Positions 21,805 to 33,763 of a stretch of DNA of 64,000 nucleotides are shown here, one piece after another. The notes beneath the pieces were generated by a model. That model was not told the origin of the DNA, searched no databases, and was given only the letters and a program-made list of their open reading frames with translations. Origin of the DNA: Salisapilia sapeloensis CBS 127946 (lineage: Eukaryota; Protista; Oomycota); contig JAADVB010000059.1 in NCBI GenBank assembly GCA_023334545.1, positions 1 to 64,000 on the forward strand. The letters run 5' to 3'. The position numbers were made by a program, and so were the translations under genes. The first letter of the stretch is position 1. The number at the start of each line of letters is the position of its first letter.

Positions 21805-22623
21805 ATGATTGGGATTGCTGGAGGCGCCGGACCTGCGGCTGGTATTCTGCTGCAGCAGACGATTTTGAACCAGACCAAGAGTCACGGACGAGACCAAGGT
21901 CACCTGCCAGTGACGCATATATCTAGACCGGCGGACATTGCAGAGCGTGTGAGCTACTTGCTGCCCACGGAGGATGGCAAACCGCGAGGTGAGAGTCCCG
22001 CAATCGGCATGGCAAAGACGTTTAAGTTGCTACGTGCGACGGCCGAGGCTTCGGATGAGCCACTGGTTGTCGGCGTCGCATGCTGTACGTTCCACGCGAA
22101 ACGGACGTGGAAAGAGTTTTGCGACTTGATCGAGTTCGACAATCTCGTCCACGCCTCACCGTCTGTCAAGTGCCTAAACATTGTCGACGAGACCATCCAC
22201 TTCATTAGACAAGAGCTGCCTTCGTGCAAGAAAGTGGGCATTCTCTCGACGACTGGCACGCGCATCGCTGGCGTGTTCGAAGATATTGAAGCTGCTGGCT
22301 TTGCCATCACCCAAGTCCCGGAGTCCATGCAAAGCGAAGTGCAGGACACGATTTCCAATCCCGAGTGGGGCATCAAGAGCTGTGCACCGAACACAAACCA
22401 GCGATGCATTGACAATTGTAAAAAGTTTGCTCGTCAGCTCATCGCTGATGGTGCCGACATCATCGTCTTAGGTTGCACGGAACTTCCGTTTGGTTTCCAA
22501 GCAAGCACAAGTGATGAAGTACCGCTGTTCGAAGGAGCAAGACTCCTTGATCCGATGGTTCCTCTCGCTCGTGCGCTTATACGAGAGACGGACCCGACGA
22601 AGCTGAAACCACTTCCAACATAG
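21805..22623 (+). CDS. Aspartate/glutamate racemase family protein (cofactor-independent, two-cysteine type)
   Basis: MIGIAGGAGPAAG (compare GILGGMGP), ACCTFHA (compare PCNTAH), KVGILSTTGT, IVLGCTELP. Intronless. Confidence 0.88.
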   Translation: MIGIAGGAGPAAGILLQQTILNQTKSHGRDQGHLPVTHISRPADIAERVSYLLPTEDGKPRGESPAIGMAKTFKLLRATAEASDEPLVVGVACCTFHAKRTWKEFCDLIEFDNLVHASPSVKCLNIVDETIHFIRQELPSCKKVGILSTTGTRIAGVFEDIEAAGFAITQVPESMQSEVQDTISNPEWGIKSCAPNTNQRCIDNCKKFARQLIADGADIIVLGCTELPFGFQASTSDEVPLFEGARLLDPMVPLARALIRETDPTKLKPLPT

Positions 22624-22679
22624 AATATCCAAAACGAATGAAGAAAATCATGTTCGATCAAACTACCCATACAATCGAC

Positions 22680-25600
22680 CTACTCAAAGTCACTGTCGTC
22701 ACCATCCTCCATCTCTTCAAATTCGCTACTGTGCCCACCATCATCCTCGTCGCTCACCAAGTCCGTGTACACGACAGGTTTCTTCGCTCGACCTGCTCGT
22801 CGAGGTGCAATCGGCGCAACCTCCTCCACTTCTTCTTCACTGCCACTCTCCTGCTTCTTGCTAGCAGGCTTTGACTTTGGTTTTGCTTGACTCTTCGAAC
22901 CATTCGCCTTCGTGCCATTCGCCTTCGCACCATTTGCTGGAGCTTTCTTAGGCGTGTTGCTCGGTCGCTTGGCAAGTCGTTCCGCCAACGACAAGTTCTC
23001 CACTTCCTCTTCTGAAGACTCTTTCATAGGCTCTTCCTTCAGCTCTTCCTTTGCTTCTTCCTTCGGTTTAGCTTCAAAGAAGTTTGCGATGCTCGACTTG
23101 GTTTTTGGAGCAGCAGGAGGCTTGGGCTTCGCCGTCATCTTTGGTTTTGCCGCTGTCTTGGGCTTCGCAGGCGATTTCGGTTTCGCCGGTGCTCTCCGTT
23201 TCTTCGGTCTCTCTTCATAGTCCGAGTCTTCACCATCCTTCTTCCGCTTCGTCTTCTTCGGACGCACCTTTTGCACCTTGGACTGCATTTCGACTCGTGT
23301 TTCCTCCGTCTCGACAATCATCTGCTCAAGCTTTTCCAAATCATTCAGCCATAGACTATCTACCGCCGTCGCATCCAACTCGGCATACTCTCTTCGTCTC
23401 TCTTCCACCTCCGACTTGAGTTTATCGACTCTTTCCTTGGTCAAACTCCAGATCTTTAACGACAGCAAGTAATCGTATCCCTTGGCAGCTTCCCCTACAT
23501 CCGTCTCATCATCACTTGACTCCGACTCCTCCTTCTTACTACTCGCCTGGGATTTGATCTGGTCGTAGCCTTCGTCCAGAAGCTGTTGCAAGATATCTTC
23601 TCGCTTCCGATTGCTCACGATCATCTGACCTTCTACGACTGCAAGCACGAAGCGAGCTTTATTCGACAGCAACTTGATTTGGAACGCTAGCTTACTTAGC
23701 ATTGATTCCTTCCGCTTCGCATAAAAGTCCAGACGCAAGTCGTAGAACTCATCAATGACTTCATGCGGGTTCTTGTACTTTTGAATCTGTCCTTCATGAT
23801 CAAACATGTGCATATTGGACGTCGATAATGTCGTTTCGAGTTTAAATTGCTTGATAATACCACCTGGAGCTTCCCGAATCGACTTGAGTCGATTCGGATC
23901 CAATGTCAACGTAAAGAGGACTTTGCTTTCTGTATGATTCTCCTTGAACTCTTTCACCACTTCCTTCTCCACCAGTGATTCTAAAAACGTCTTGTATGGT
24001 TGTGTCCACGTACGAATGGGTAACTCGGTGATCACGAGTGTACTCTCATCCGGTTCTTCATAAGTGCCTTGGACGACGAATGTCTTGCCGCCATCTCGGT
24101 TATTCGTCGGCTTGGCAAAGATCTGACCAGAGAAACCACGATACCAAGGTACAAGTTCCTCCATCTCTTCTCCCTTCAACTTCTTTCTCAAGTTTGCAAT
24201 CAAGTCTAATGGGTTGTAGTTCGGGATGGTGCACGACCAACCTGTACCAATACCTTCATTCCCGTTCACGAGTGCCATGGGGATCACTGGCATGAACCAT
24301 TCCGGCTCAATCGTTTCTCCATCTTCTTGTAGATGGTTTAGGATGTCGTTATCTAACGGATCAAAGATACAGCGAGAGAGTTGCTCGAGGTTTGTGAAAA
24401 TATAACGCGGACTAGCGGCATCTCGTCCGCCCATCAAACGCGTACCGAATTGACCGTTCGGAGACAAGAGATGGATGTTGTTGCTACCTACAAAGTCTTG
24501 TGCCATGTTCACGATCGTCGCGTGAAGACTATTCTCGCCGTGATGGTACGCAGTGTGCTCTGCGACGTAACCAGCGAGCTGTGCGACCTTGATCTCGACC
24601 TTTAAATTGCGTTTAAAGCATGCGTACAACACCTTCCGTTGGGACGGTTTAAACCCATCAACAACGCTCGGAATCGATCGCAAGTTGTCTGCCATGGAAA
24701 AGAGGATGAGCTCTTTGTTCACAAAGTCCGCGTACGGGATTTCGCTCACGTCGTGGTCAATATGATCGCCCAAAGTGTATCCACGCAGCCAATCCTTGCG
24801 TTCCTCCACGCGCTTCTTACTGAAAGCCATATCGATCGAGTCTCCATCCGCTTCTTCACCATACACAAAGTCGATCTGATGCTTGCCCAAGTCGGAAAAG
24901 TACTCTTTCGCCTCGGCATTGGAGCTCGTACCGAGACCTTTATAGTACTTGATTTTCCATCCACGTCCGTGATTCGTACTCTCACGCCATGCTTCGTACT
25001 CTGGCATGGTAAAGAACACTTTCTTCTGCGTACCTTTAGTGCATTTGACAATCGGCGTAATAAACTCTTGCAAAAAGCCTTCGATACGTAGCAAGGATGG
25101 CCAAAAGTGATGGATAAAGTTGATCACGAGACCTTTGATGTGGCTACCGTCGTGATCTTGATCTGTCATCACCATCAAGTGACCATATCGCAGACTCTTC
25201 GTGTTGTCGTACGTCTCGCCGACCCTCAGTCCGAGGATCTTGATCAAGTTCTGGATCTCTGCGTTTTCCATAATCTGCTTATGACTCGCTTCTCGAACGT
25301 TCAAAAGCTTTCCACGGAGAGGGAAGACACCGTACTTGTCTCTACCGACGACTGCCAAACCACCAACAGCAGTACTCTTGGCTGAGTCCCCTTCCGTCAG
25401 AATCAACGTACATTCTTTTCCTTTAGCTGTGCCAGCCCAATTCGCATCATCCAGCTTCGGGATACCAAGTAGCTTGACTTTGCGACCACTGCTGCCACCC
25501 TTTCGGCGTAGTGCAGCGGTTTGTTTAAACTCGGCAAAAGAAAGAATGCGATCCACAATGCCACTTTTTGCGATTTTTTTCATAAATCCATCGCTCAAAG

Positions 25601-27063
25601 TATACGTCGATCCAAATGAATTCGGACGAGTCGTAAGTGTTTCCTTGGTCTGAGAGTCAAAAGCTGGATTCTCGATCAAGGCATTTACGTACACCATGAG
25701 ATGATTTTTAATATACGAAGGTTTGACGCCGTCATTCTTCTTCTTCACGGCAGCACTGAGCTTGGCTGTGATCTGGTCTGTGATATAGTTCACGTGCTGT
25801 CCGCCTTTCGTGGTACAAATGCCGTTCACAAAGCTGATTTGTTGGAAACTGTCGTCACTAAGTGCAACTCCGACTTGCCATCTCTCACCCGGCTTGTCGA
25901 AGAACACCTCGGGTTCACTATTTGAGGCGTCTCCAGATTTTGTGCCACTTGGAGAAGGATACATCTTTACATACTCTGCAAACGTACGCACAGGCACGAG
26001 TTCACCGTTCAAGTAGACCTTGAGCGACTTATCAGATACGCCAGCAATATCGTAAACGCGCTTTTTAAAGAGCGCAATGATATCTCTATCCAGCTTGTCC
26101 ATTTGGAAACGCTCCAGATCGGGTTTGAATGAAATGCAAGTGTAATCCTTTTTAGACCACGAAGTGATCTTCGGCTTGTTAATCTTCCCCATATTGTCCG
26201 TAAAAACTTGCTTGTACTTGAGTTGGTTGCTCTTGTCTGCTGTCTCTACGGTGAATTCTGTCGAAAAAATATTCGCAAGCTTTGCACCATATCCATTCCG
26301 TCCTCCCGTTGTCTTCTTCTGCTTGTCGTTAAAATTGCTGCCCGTAAGCAAGTTACCAAAGATAAGCTCTGGCACATACACTTTGTGCTCTTTGTGCATG
26401 ACGACTGGGATACCGCTACCATTATTCCAAACAGAAATGCGATTATCCTCAGAACTAATGTCCACTTTCAAAGTGTTCATCGTCTTGTCGCGTTGCTTAT
26501 TATCGTACGCATTGACAATAATTTCGTCAAAAATCTTGTACAAACCAGGGATCTACACGTACATCGAGCACTTAGTCATAAGCGATCAACCAATTATTTA
26601 AGCAATACTTACAAACGTGATCTTTCGGTATTCCATCTTCTTACTTTCATCGTCAAAGACCCACATGTCCTGTGTCACGTGCTCCGTCGACCCAACGTAC
26701 GTGTCCGGTCGCAAGAGAATGTGTTCGATAGGAGTCTTCTTCTGGTAGATTTCCTCTACACTTTGCCCATTCTCGTCTACGCCAGTACCATCCATGGCGT
26801 CATCTTCATCGTCACCACTCGACTGCTTGCTACCACCCGTTTTCTTACTCGTAGCACCAGTCAACGTCGTCTGCTTTGTCTTAGCCGGAGCTTTCTTTTT
26901 CGCAGGCTGCTTCTTTGGTGGAGGAGATGCCTCGTAGTCGCTCACATCCTCCTCTCCGTCCGACGAGATTTCGTATGCCTACGTTCACATATCACAAGGT
27001 CATATATACAGCTATAGGGTAGAACTACAATGTAGGTTAGAGGTATACCTCTTCAGAATCCAT
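22680..27063 (-). CDS. TOP2: DNA topoisomerase II (3 exons: 27063-27049, 26978-26613, 26552-22680)
   Basis: IEHILLRPDTYVGS, KIFDEIIVNAYDN, GGRNGYGAKL, LILTEGDSA, PLRGKLLN, MTDQDHDGSHIKGL, YYKGLGTS, AASPRYIF (catalytic Tyr), and a Lys-rich C-tail. Confidence 0.98.
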
Positions 27064-27120
27064 GGATACCCTGTCAAGTAGATCGGACGATGCTGCGGTA
27101 CTTGCGCCAACTGCAACGTT

Positions 27121-27145
27121 TTCAAAATGCGGCGCGTAGTTCAAA
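27121..27145 (-). promoter_or_regulatory. Candidate CDE/CHR cell-cycle elements upstream of TOP2
   Basis: The minus strand reads TTTGAA CTA CGCGCC GCAT TTTGAA: two CHR hexamers, one preceded by a GC box at the classic 4-nt spacing, about 60 nt upstream of the TOP2 ATG. Confidence 0.4.
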
Positions 27146-27288
27146 TTTATAAAGTGGGTTTAAATTAGTAGTAGGAAAAGGTACCTTTACTATATGAATT
27201 TGACGGATGCAAGAGCAGAATAGAATGATAGTGGAGCAATTTAGTTTAGATGATAAGATCATGAAGCGTCGTGATAAGAATCGAAGCA

Positions 27289-30200
27289 TGACGCTGAAAA
27301 GCTTTTGGACGACATCCTTTTGCTTTGCGCTCTTCGTTTCCTGTACGCTTTATATGCCTTTGTATGGAGAAGAGGATGTGACTTCTATGCTGTATTCGTC
27401 GAGTCGATGCACAGAAGTGTCTCGAACGAACGCATGCCGAAATTATGAACGTTGCAAGGAAACTCATCGATGTGCACGAGGAGTGGAAGGTATATTCCTT
27501 TTGAATGGTCTTCATTTTTTCGATTAATCAGTTTTGTACGTAGAGTATCGTATAAGAGAAGCACAACTTCATAGTTATACTAATCAATATCCTGGAGGAC
27601 AGCAACATGCAATCGCTTTATCGAGCGATTTTGAAGATTGGAAAGCTGGATCGCATCAGTGGGACATTACGCGAGGTAAAGAACGCTATAGTGACTATCT
27701 TATACACTGCAAATAATGCTTCGGACTTGCATTAGTAGACAAAACGAGTGCTTCTACCCATCTCATGGGCTGGGATACATATTCCTTCCCCTTGATCGGA
27801 TCTCTGGAGCTATCGAAAGGTTACCTTCTATTTGACACGGATACAGCCCAGCTATCTGGCGACATGACACTGAATGGAACTATTGCTAAGACAAGAAACG
27901 GTACCCTGGTGACTGTTTTCAACTTTCTCACAGTTTATCTCGGTCCTGATGTCCGAGTACGATTCAAAGGGCACAACGCGATCGCCATTTTGTCTCGCAG
28001 TAGTATGCTTATAAACACCGACATGAAAGTACGCCCAGGGACACTAGGAGGCTTTCCTGGTGGCGGCTATGTCGGTTATGATGCTACTAATAACAATCGA
28101 AATGGACCAGGAAGTTCAAATGTACGAGTGTACGTGGAAACCTTGTCGACATATGCTACCCATGTACCAGAAGTGCAAGAGATTGAAACAATCGTTGGTG
28201 AAGGCCAGCGATTAGGAGGCTATTTTAGATTATTAGATCATACATCCAGTCTATCAACGTCAAGAATCGATTACGATACGAACGCTGAAACTCTTGAACA
28301 TATTCTGGAGACTGCATTTTCAAATATTGGACAGATACATGTTCATCAGGAACGTGAAGAGGGTGAAATCTGGTCAGAAGTTGGACGCCTATGGAGAATC
28401 ACGTTTTTAACCGCAGTGGGTAATGTACCTCAGCTCCAAGTGGAAAGTAAACTGACAGGAATTGGTGCGGATGTATTGACAAGAACAATACGGGAAGGAA
28501 ACCAACTTGGAGGGACATTTCAGCTGCAGTTTCTAAACAAAATAACGAGGCCGCTTGCACATGATGTCAGTGCTCATGACCTTCGTAGTGCTCTTTTACA
28601 AGACTTTCCATTCCTTGTGGACGCAAAAGCTACCAGGACAGATCCATTATCCAGTTGTAATCAAGGATCCACTCTTCCTGATCAAAGGGCAGTATCGACA
28701 ATGTCCATTTTACAAGATGCTCTTCTTTATCCATCTAATTGGACTACCCCATCCAAGCAACTAGTGTATGATCCAGAAAGTCTAAAACGCTACCAGGACA
28801 GAGTTTGTTCAAATGGCCGTGGGGGAGCGGATGGGTATGTATGGAAACTTCAGTTGTGGACAAGAGTCGGTAGCAAGTCTTCAACGAGTCCAAAGGCTGA
28901 TGCTTATGGTCAAATAGACGCTGTAGAAGAGCTACGTGTCGTCGACAGTGGCCTAAGTGGAGAAGGAGCACTAGCAGAAGTAGTTCATTCGGGCGCATTT
29001 ACTTTATCTTTCGGTGGTGGTGGTGCTTCTTTTACAAATACAGGTGGGAACGGATACATTCATGCCCAAATGGATGTAAGAGAGATCTATGCAGATCGAT
29101 ATATTTCGGATTTAATTGCCGGTAGTGGTGGGAGTGGAGGCGGGACAGAGCCTTTGGACATGTACCCTCTTCTACAACCGCCACTAGGAGGTGCTGGCGC
29201 TGGAGCTATGCTACTATCTGCTGTAAACGATGTTGTCATTGGGTCTCACGGGCGTATTCAAGTAAATGGTGGTAATGGTATGTCCTCCGCAAATGCTGGA
29301 GGCGGAGGCTCAGGTGGTACCATTCTCATCGTGAGCCAAGGTACTGTCAGCCACCATGGCTCAATACAAGCCGTTGGAGGGCATGGTGGCACTTCATCTT
29401 TGCCTTCTACATCAACTTCTCATAGATATGCAGGCGGTGGTGGAAGTGGAGGTAGGATCGCCATCTACGCGCAAAGCTACTCTGCATGGGGTGAAGGTAC
29501 TCTTGAACTCAATGGTGGATCTTCACAAGACTTGTCACAAAGTGGAGGTAGAGGGACATTGTATATCCATGTGCAGACAAACCTTGCGTATCGTGTAGAT
29601 CCTACCATAGGTGCTGCCGGAACGTTTAAATCACTTTTGGTTAGTGGTGCCGAATCCTATCAGTATGGAAAAGAGGGTTCTTTAGATGGCATGAATCAAA
29701 TGAGCTTAAATGGACCAAGATATCGTATCGACAATGACACACATCGCCGACCGACTCGGATATCATATTTTGTTCGCATCGGGAATTTTGATCATGGCAA
29801 CATTGGTTCCAATCGCGGTGCACTCTTTGGTGTCCATCGAGGTTACGATGATGCTGATAAGGAGGGAGAAGAACTGTTGGTTGGAATTGCTATTGTCAAT
29901 GGAAACTTTGTATACGAGTCGAACACATTTGGATGGCCGCGACGCGTCTTTCAGCGAAAGATAGAGCCTAAGAGATGGTATAAGGTTGACGTGTACCTTA
30001 ATTGGGACTTGCACCACTACTCTATTTACCTAAACGATGTTCTTAAAGTCTATCAGACTCGATTTGACGGAGAGCAAGTATCAGCTATTAGTCTAAATAA
30101 CTTTCATCCGATGTCTATTTGGTGGGATGAAATTTATGTCGGTGAAAGCTTCTTGATGAACTTTGTCTGTCCATCCGTGTCACTCTTCCCCTCTTCTATT

Positions 30201-33200
30201 GAGACGCTCGATGAAACACTTCGAGTTCCTTATCGACGATTGCGAAAGTTGTGGAAGGAGAATACTTATGGACCAGAAACGTCGTTTCATCCGATGTCGA
30301 AGCATGAAAGTCACTTATCTCAACAAGAAGTTTATCAGTATGACACGAGTGGTCAAGTAGCTTTTGACGGAGAAGAGCATTATGCATTTCTAAACGATAT
30401 TAAAGAATTTGAAGAGGAAATAGAAAGTGATGACGACCAAAGTGAAGCTGTGACGAGAGCAGAAATGATGTTTGTTGATAACTTTCCATCCGACGCAACC
30501 ATCGTTATACCACTTGAAACTGGAATGGATTACACGACACTGAATGCAGATCGCTCGTACAATACGAAGACAGCATACACACAATTAAATCGTTCTCGTA
30601 TCTATTGGTATTCAGAAGTTTACAACGAAACCCTGGGAATTGGAGGTGTCGGTGCTTGTTCAACGATGGATTACCAAGACTGGCGAAATGAAGGCATCAT
30701 GCTCCATTTTGACAACCTTACCGATCCCTTTGGCGATGTGTTAAGCCACACTCTTGTCGCTGACCGACCAAAAGCTATTTACAATCCCAAGACAAAGAAA
30801 TTTGTGCTGTGGTTTCATGTCGATACAATTGAAAACACAATAGGCCTTGCAGGTGTTGCTACAAGCAAACTTCCAAACGGACCCTTTCGCTTCCAGCGTA
30901 GCATGTACCCGACGGCCCCACTGGAATCACCTGGTGGTCAATCAATTAATGAGACTCGTGATCAAACAATTGCACTTGTACCATTGCATCACCCGTCAAA
31001 AGACATTCCATCGACAGCATATCTCATCCGGACGTATTTTAAGACAGTCGAGTATTGGTTACCACGTCCAGTGATGGATCCACTTTGGGAAAGCGTGAAA
31101 GCAGCGGATGGGTCAATTGACTTTTCATTAAACTACCATCGAGCAGTGCATCATGAAGGTTACGACGATCCGGACGACATCTACCTTCAACGATGGCGGA
31201 TGGAAGGTGTGCCTTGGGCAGTGGTCTGCTGTGCAATAACGAATCTGACTGATTGCTTGACGATAACAGAAGTACCGAATGCCACCCATCCGAACGTTTG
31301 TCCTGATGATCATTCGAAGAAGATGAAAATACTTGGTCAAGCTCAGACGGCATCGCAAGCTTCCACTCGATACTTGGACCCTAACGATCCGTACAATAGC
31401 ATATATCGTCCAAACTCTGTCCCATCTTATACAACATGGGGAGCTCAAGTGTATAAAGTCAAAACTTGGAGAGGAACGTACTTTGACGCACTTAGCACGA
31501 ACATTACAAAGTACGTTTTCGATCGATATGCAAGTGAGAGGCGTCGAATACAAGTAGCAAATGATCCTACGATACCATATGAATACTTTGATCCATCACC
31601 ACCGACATTTATACCAACAAATGACGTTGAAATACTCGATCTCATGTTTGGAAACTTGGGAGTACCAATTACCAGTGAATTCCAGGCTGCTCATTCCTCT
31701 CCAGATCTCGCTGAAATCGATCCCAATGAAGATGGAAAGATCACTTCGTACGAGGTTGCAATGTTAGAGAAGAAGCTAGAGAATAAGGAGCTTGCGAAGC
31801 ATGTGGTTGAAGCACTTTTATACGATTTTGAAAAGATGAAATGGAATCAAATTCATGCATTAGATGTCAACAACGATGGAGAGATTACTTTCAGCGAATT
31901 TGAAGCGTGGGTTGGAATGGACCCAAATCTTTTATTCGATCAATATGACCTAGACAAGAATGGATATCTGGATGAGAATGAGCTATCTCGCTTCCTGTGG
32001 GATCGGCAACTCCCACGCATCGACACGGCGATCATCCTTCTCGATCCGTCATTTGATGGGAGAGTGTACTATAGTCGATTTTTGGCTATTGTCCGTGACT
32101 TTCCCGATTTTATCTATCGGCAATATGACTTTGACAACTCGGAAACATTGACACAAGACGAAATTGACTTGATCGCAAAAGATTTAGGCGCTCCATTCGC
32201 GATACCTGGTAAGCTTGAAGCTTTGAAAGATGCATCCATCCATGCTATTCATAAAGAGGACTACAAACGTTGGTTTAGTGCGACAACGAGTTTACTAGCA
32301 GGGGAGCGAAACTATTTAAAGGTCGATAATGCTGTCCATGCTACAAAACCTGACAGTCTCGTCGGTCCAATGCAAGTGGTCGAAAGACGTCGGGCAAAGT
32401 ACGTTGGTATAAGCAGATTAAGTGAGGACTATTTGGATGTGGAAAAAGTGATCGAAGAGATTGAAGGCGACTTTGAAGGTGGTCGAGACGACTTACTTCA
32501 GTACTTTGCGTTTGCCCAAGATCTCTTTGGTCTCACTGAGCTGTCTGTAGTATCTCTGGGTGCAGATGATAACTTAATTCAAGATTATGGTCATACGTAC
32601 CGACAGTCGCTATCACCTTCGGATCTACATAATCGCGCGTCATATTGGAATGGGAGGTATTGGGAAGGTCGTCCAGCAGCTCCTGCACTCTTTACATACG
32701 GTTCCCAGTGTCTGCATGTAGCAGGCGTGGATGCTGAAGATTTAGGTTGCTTACCATGCCTTACTCGGTCACCTTACGTGACGTCAACAATCGAAGAGTA
32801 TGAATCAGTTAGTCGAGGTACTGGCCATTGCGACGGATACAAGGAACTTGATGCATACTTGAAACAATTTGATCAACAAGTTGCCATCCAGCTCCAATAC
32901 CAGCAATCTTCACGCTTTGGACCGCAAGGCTTACAACCACACTACTCACCATGCTGGAACCAATCCCAATTCTATCCTTGCGACGTGCACAAAGTACTGG
33001 AAGGAGATATTGGTGGCAGTCTTTCAGACAACTTAGTCACGACAGAGTACAATCTTGCTTGGCAACGCCATCCGAATAGCATCGGTTCATCTCAAAAGAT
33101 CCGTGCTGGAGATGGCCAGAAGGAGTCGATTGGACCATCATTTCGAGAAAGATTTCCGAGTCGAAATCGAGCCATGGGTGATGAAGAAACCTTGGATACA

Positions 33201-33254
33201 ACTGTGGTTTATCAGCCAGATCAATATGAAGATTCGCTTGGCGGTGGTACTTGA
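27289..33254 (+). CDS. Giant secreted protein: Gly-rich repeats, two oomycete-type repeat modules, lectin-like beta domain, GH43_24-like propeller interrupted by 5 EF-hands
   Basis: Signal-like MTLKSFWTTSFCFALFVSC. Two short 5' exons splice into the 1829-aa ORF. GH43-like IYWYSE, DRPKAIYNPKTKKFVLWFH, AGVATS...GPF, RDQT and later ISRLSEDYL. EF loops DPNEDGKITSYE, DVNNDGEITFSE, DLDKNGYLDENE, DPSFDGRVYYSR, DFDNSETLTQDE. Confidence 0.8.
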
Positions 33255-33763
33255 GAAACTACTTTACTGAGGAATGATAGGATCATTTTTCCAAGTTACC
33301 ATATCATGACTCGCATTTACAGATAGTGTTACAATCGTTTATTGCCGTGCTTGTGTTTGTAGATTCAATGAAGTTACCACGTGCCTTATAAAGCGACTAG
33401 ATTCATTCAAAATTGGCATGAAAGATGTGACCATAACGCTTGGAAGTATATGTTAATGGTTGGAAACTCTGAACGAGTGAAAAGTTGGAACATAAGATTG
33501 CGGGATGGATCTTTGTAACGGAATAACGATCTCAGACTGGCGACAAGCGAAGAGGCACTCGCCAGATCTCTGGATTAACATGCAATTTACGACGACAGTT
33601 ACTAAAGATCGATTTGTGTCTGGTCATGACTTATTGAACGCCTCTTCGTCTGATACCTGGAAAGATTTTAGTGGCGGGTCCTGGTGTTGCTCATTGCTTA
33701 CTTTTAAACAATAGCGATAAACGCCAACTTCCACCTACTTCTTCATCCGAGCATCTCGCCAGC

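Noticed and set aside
22880-23200. ANG-x-K and AKPK peptide repeats in the TOP2 C-terminal tail
   Set aside because: Low-complexity Lys/Ala/Pro repeats are normal for the variable eukaryotic TOP2 CTD.
22912-27017. Long antisense ORFs over TOP2 (e.g. 26208-27017, 24639-25091) and similar ones over FIGNL1, BADH and the PIN-helicase
   Set aside because: They are shadow ORFs opposite well-conserved genes, with no recognisable motifs.
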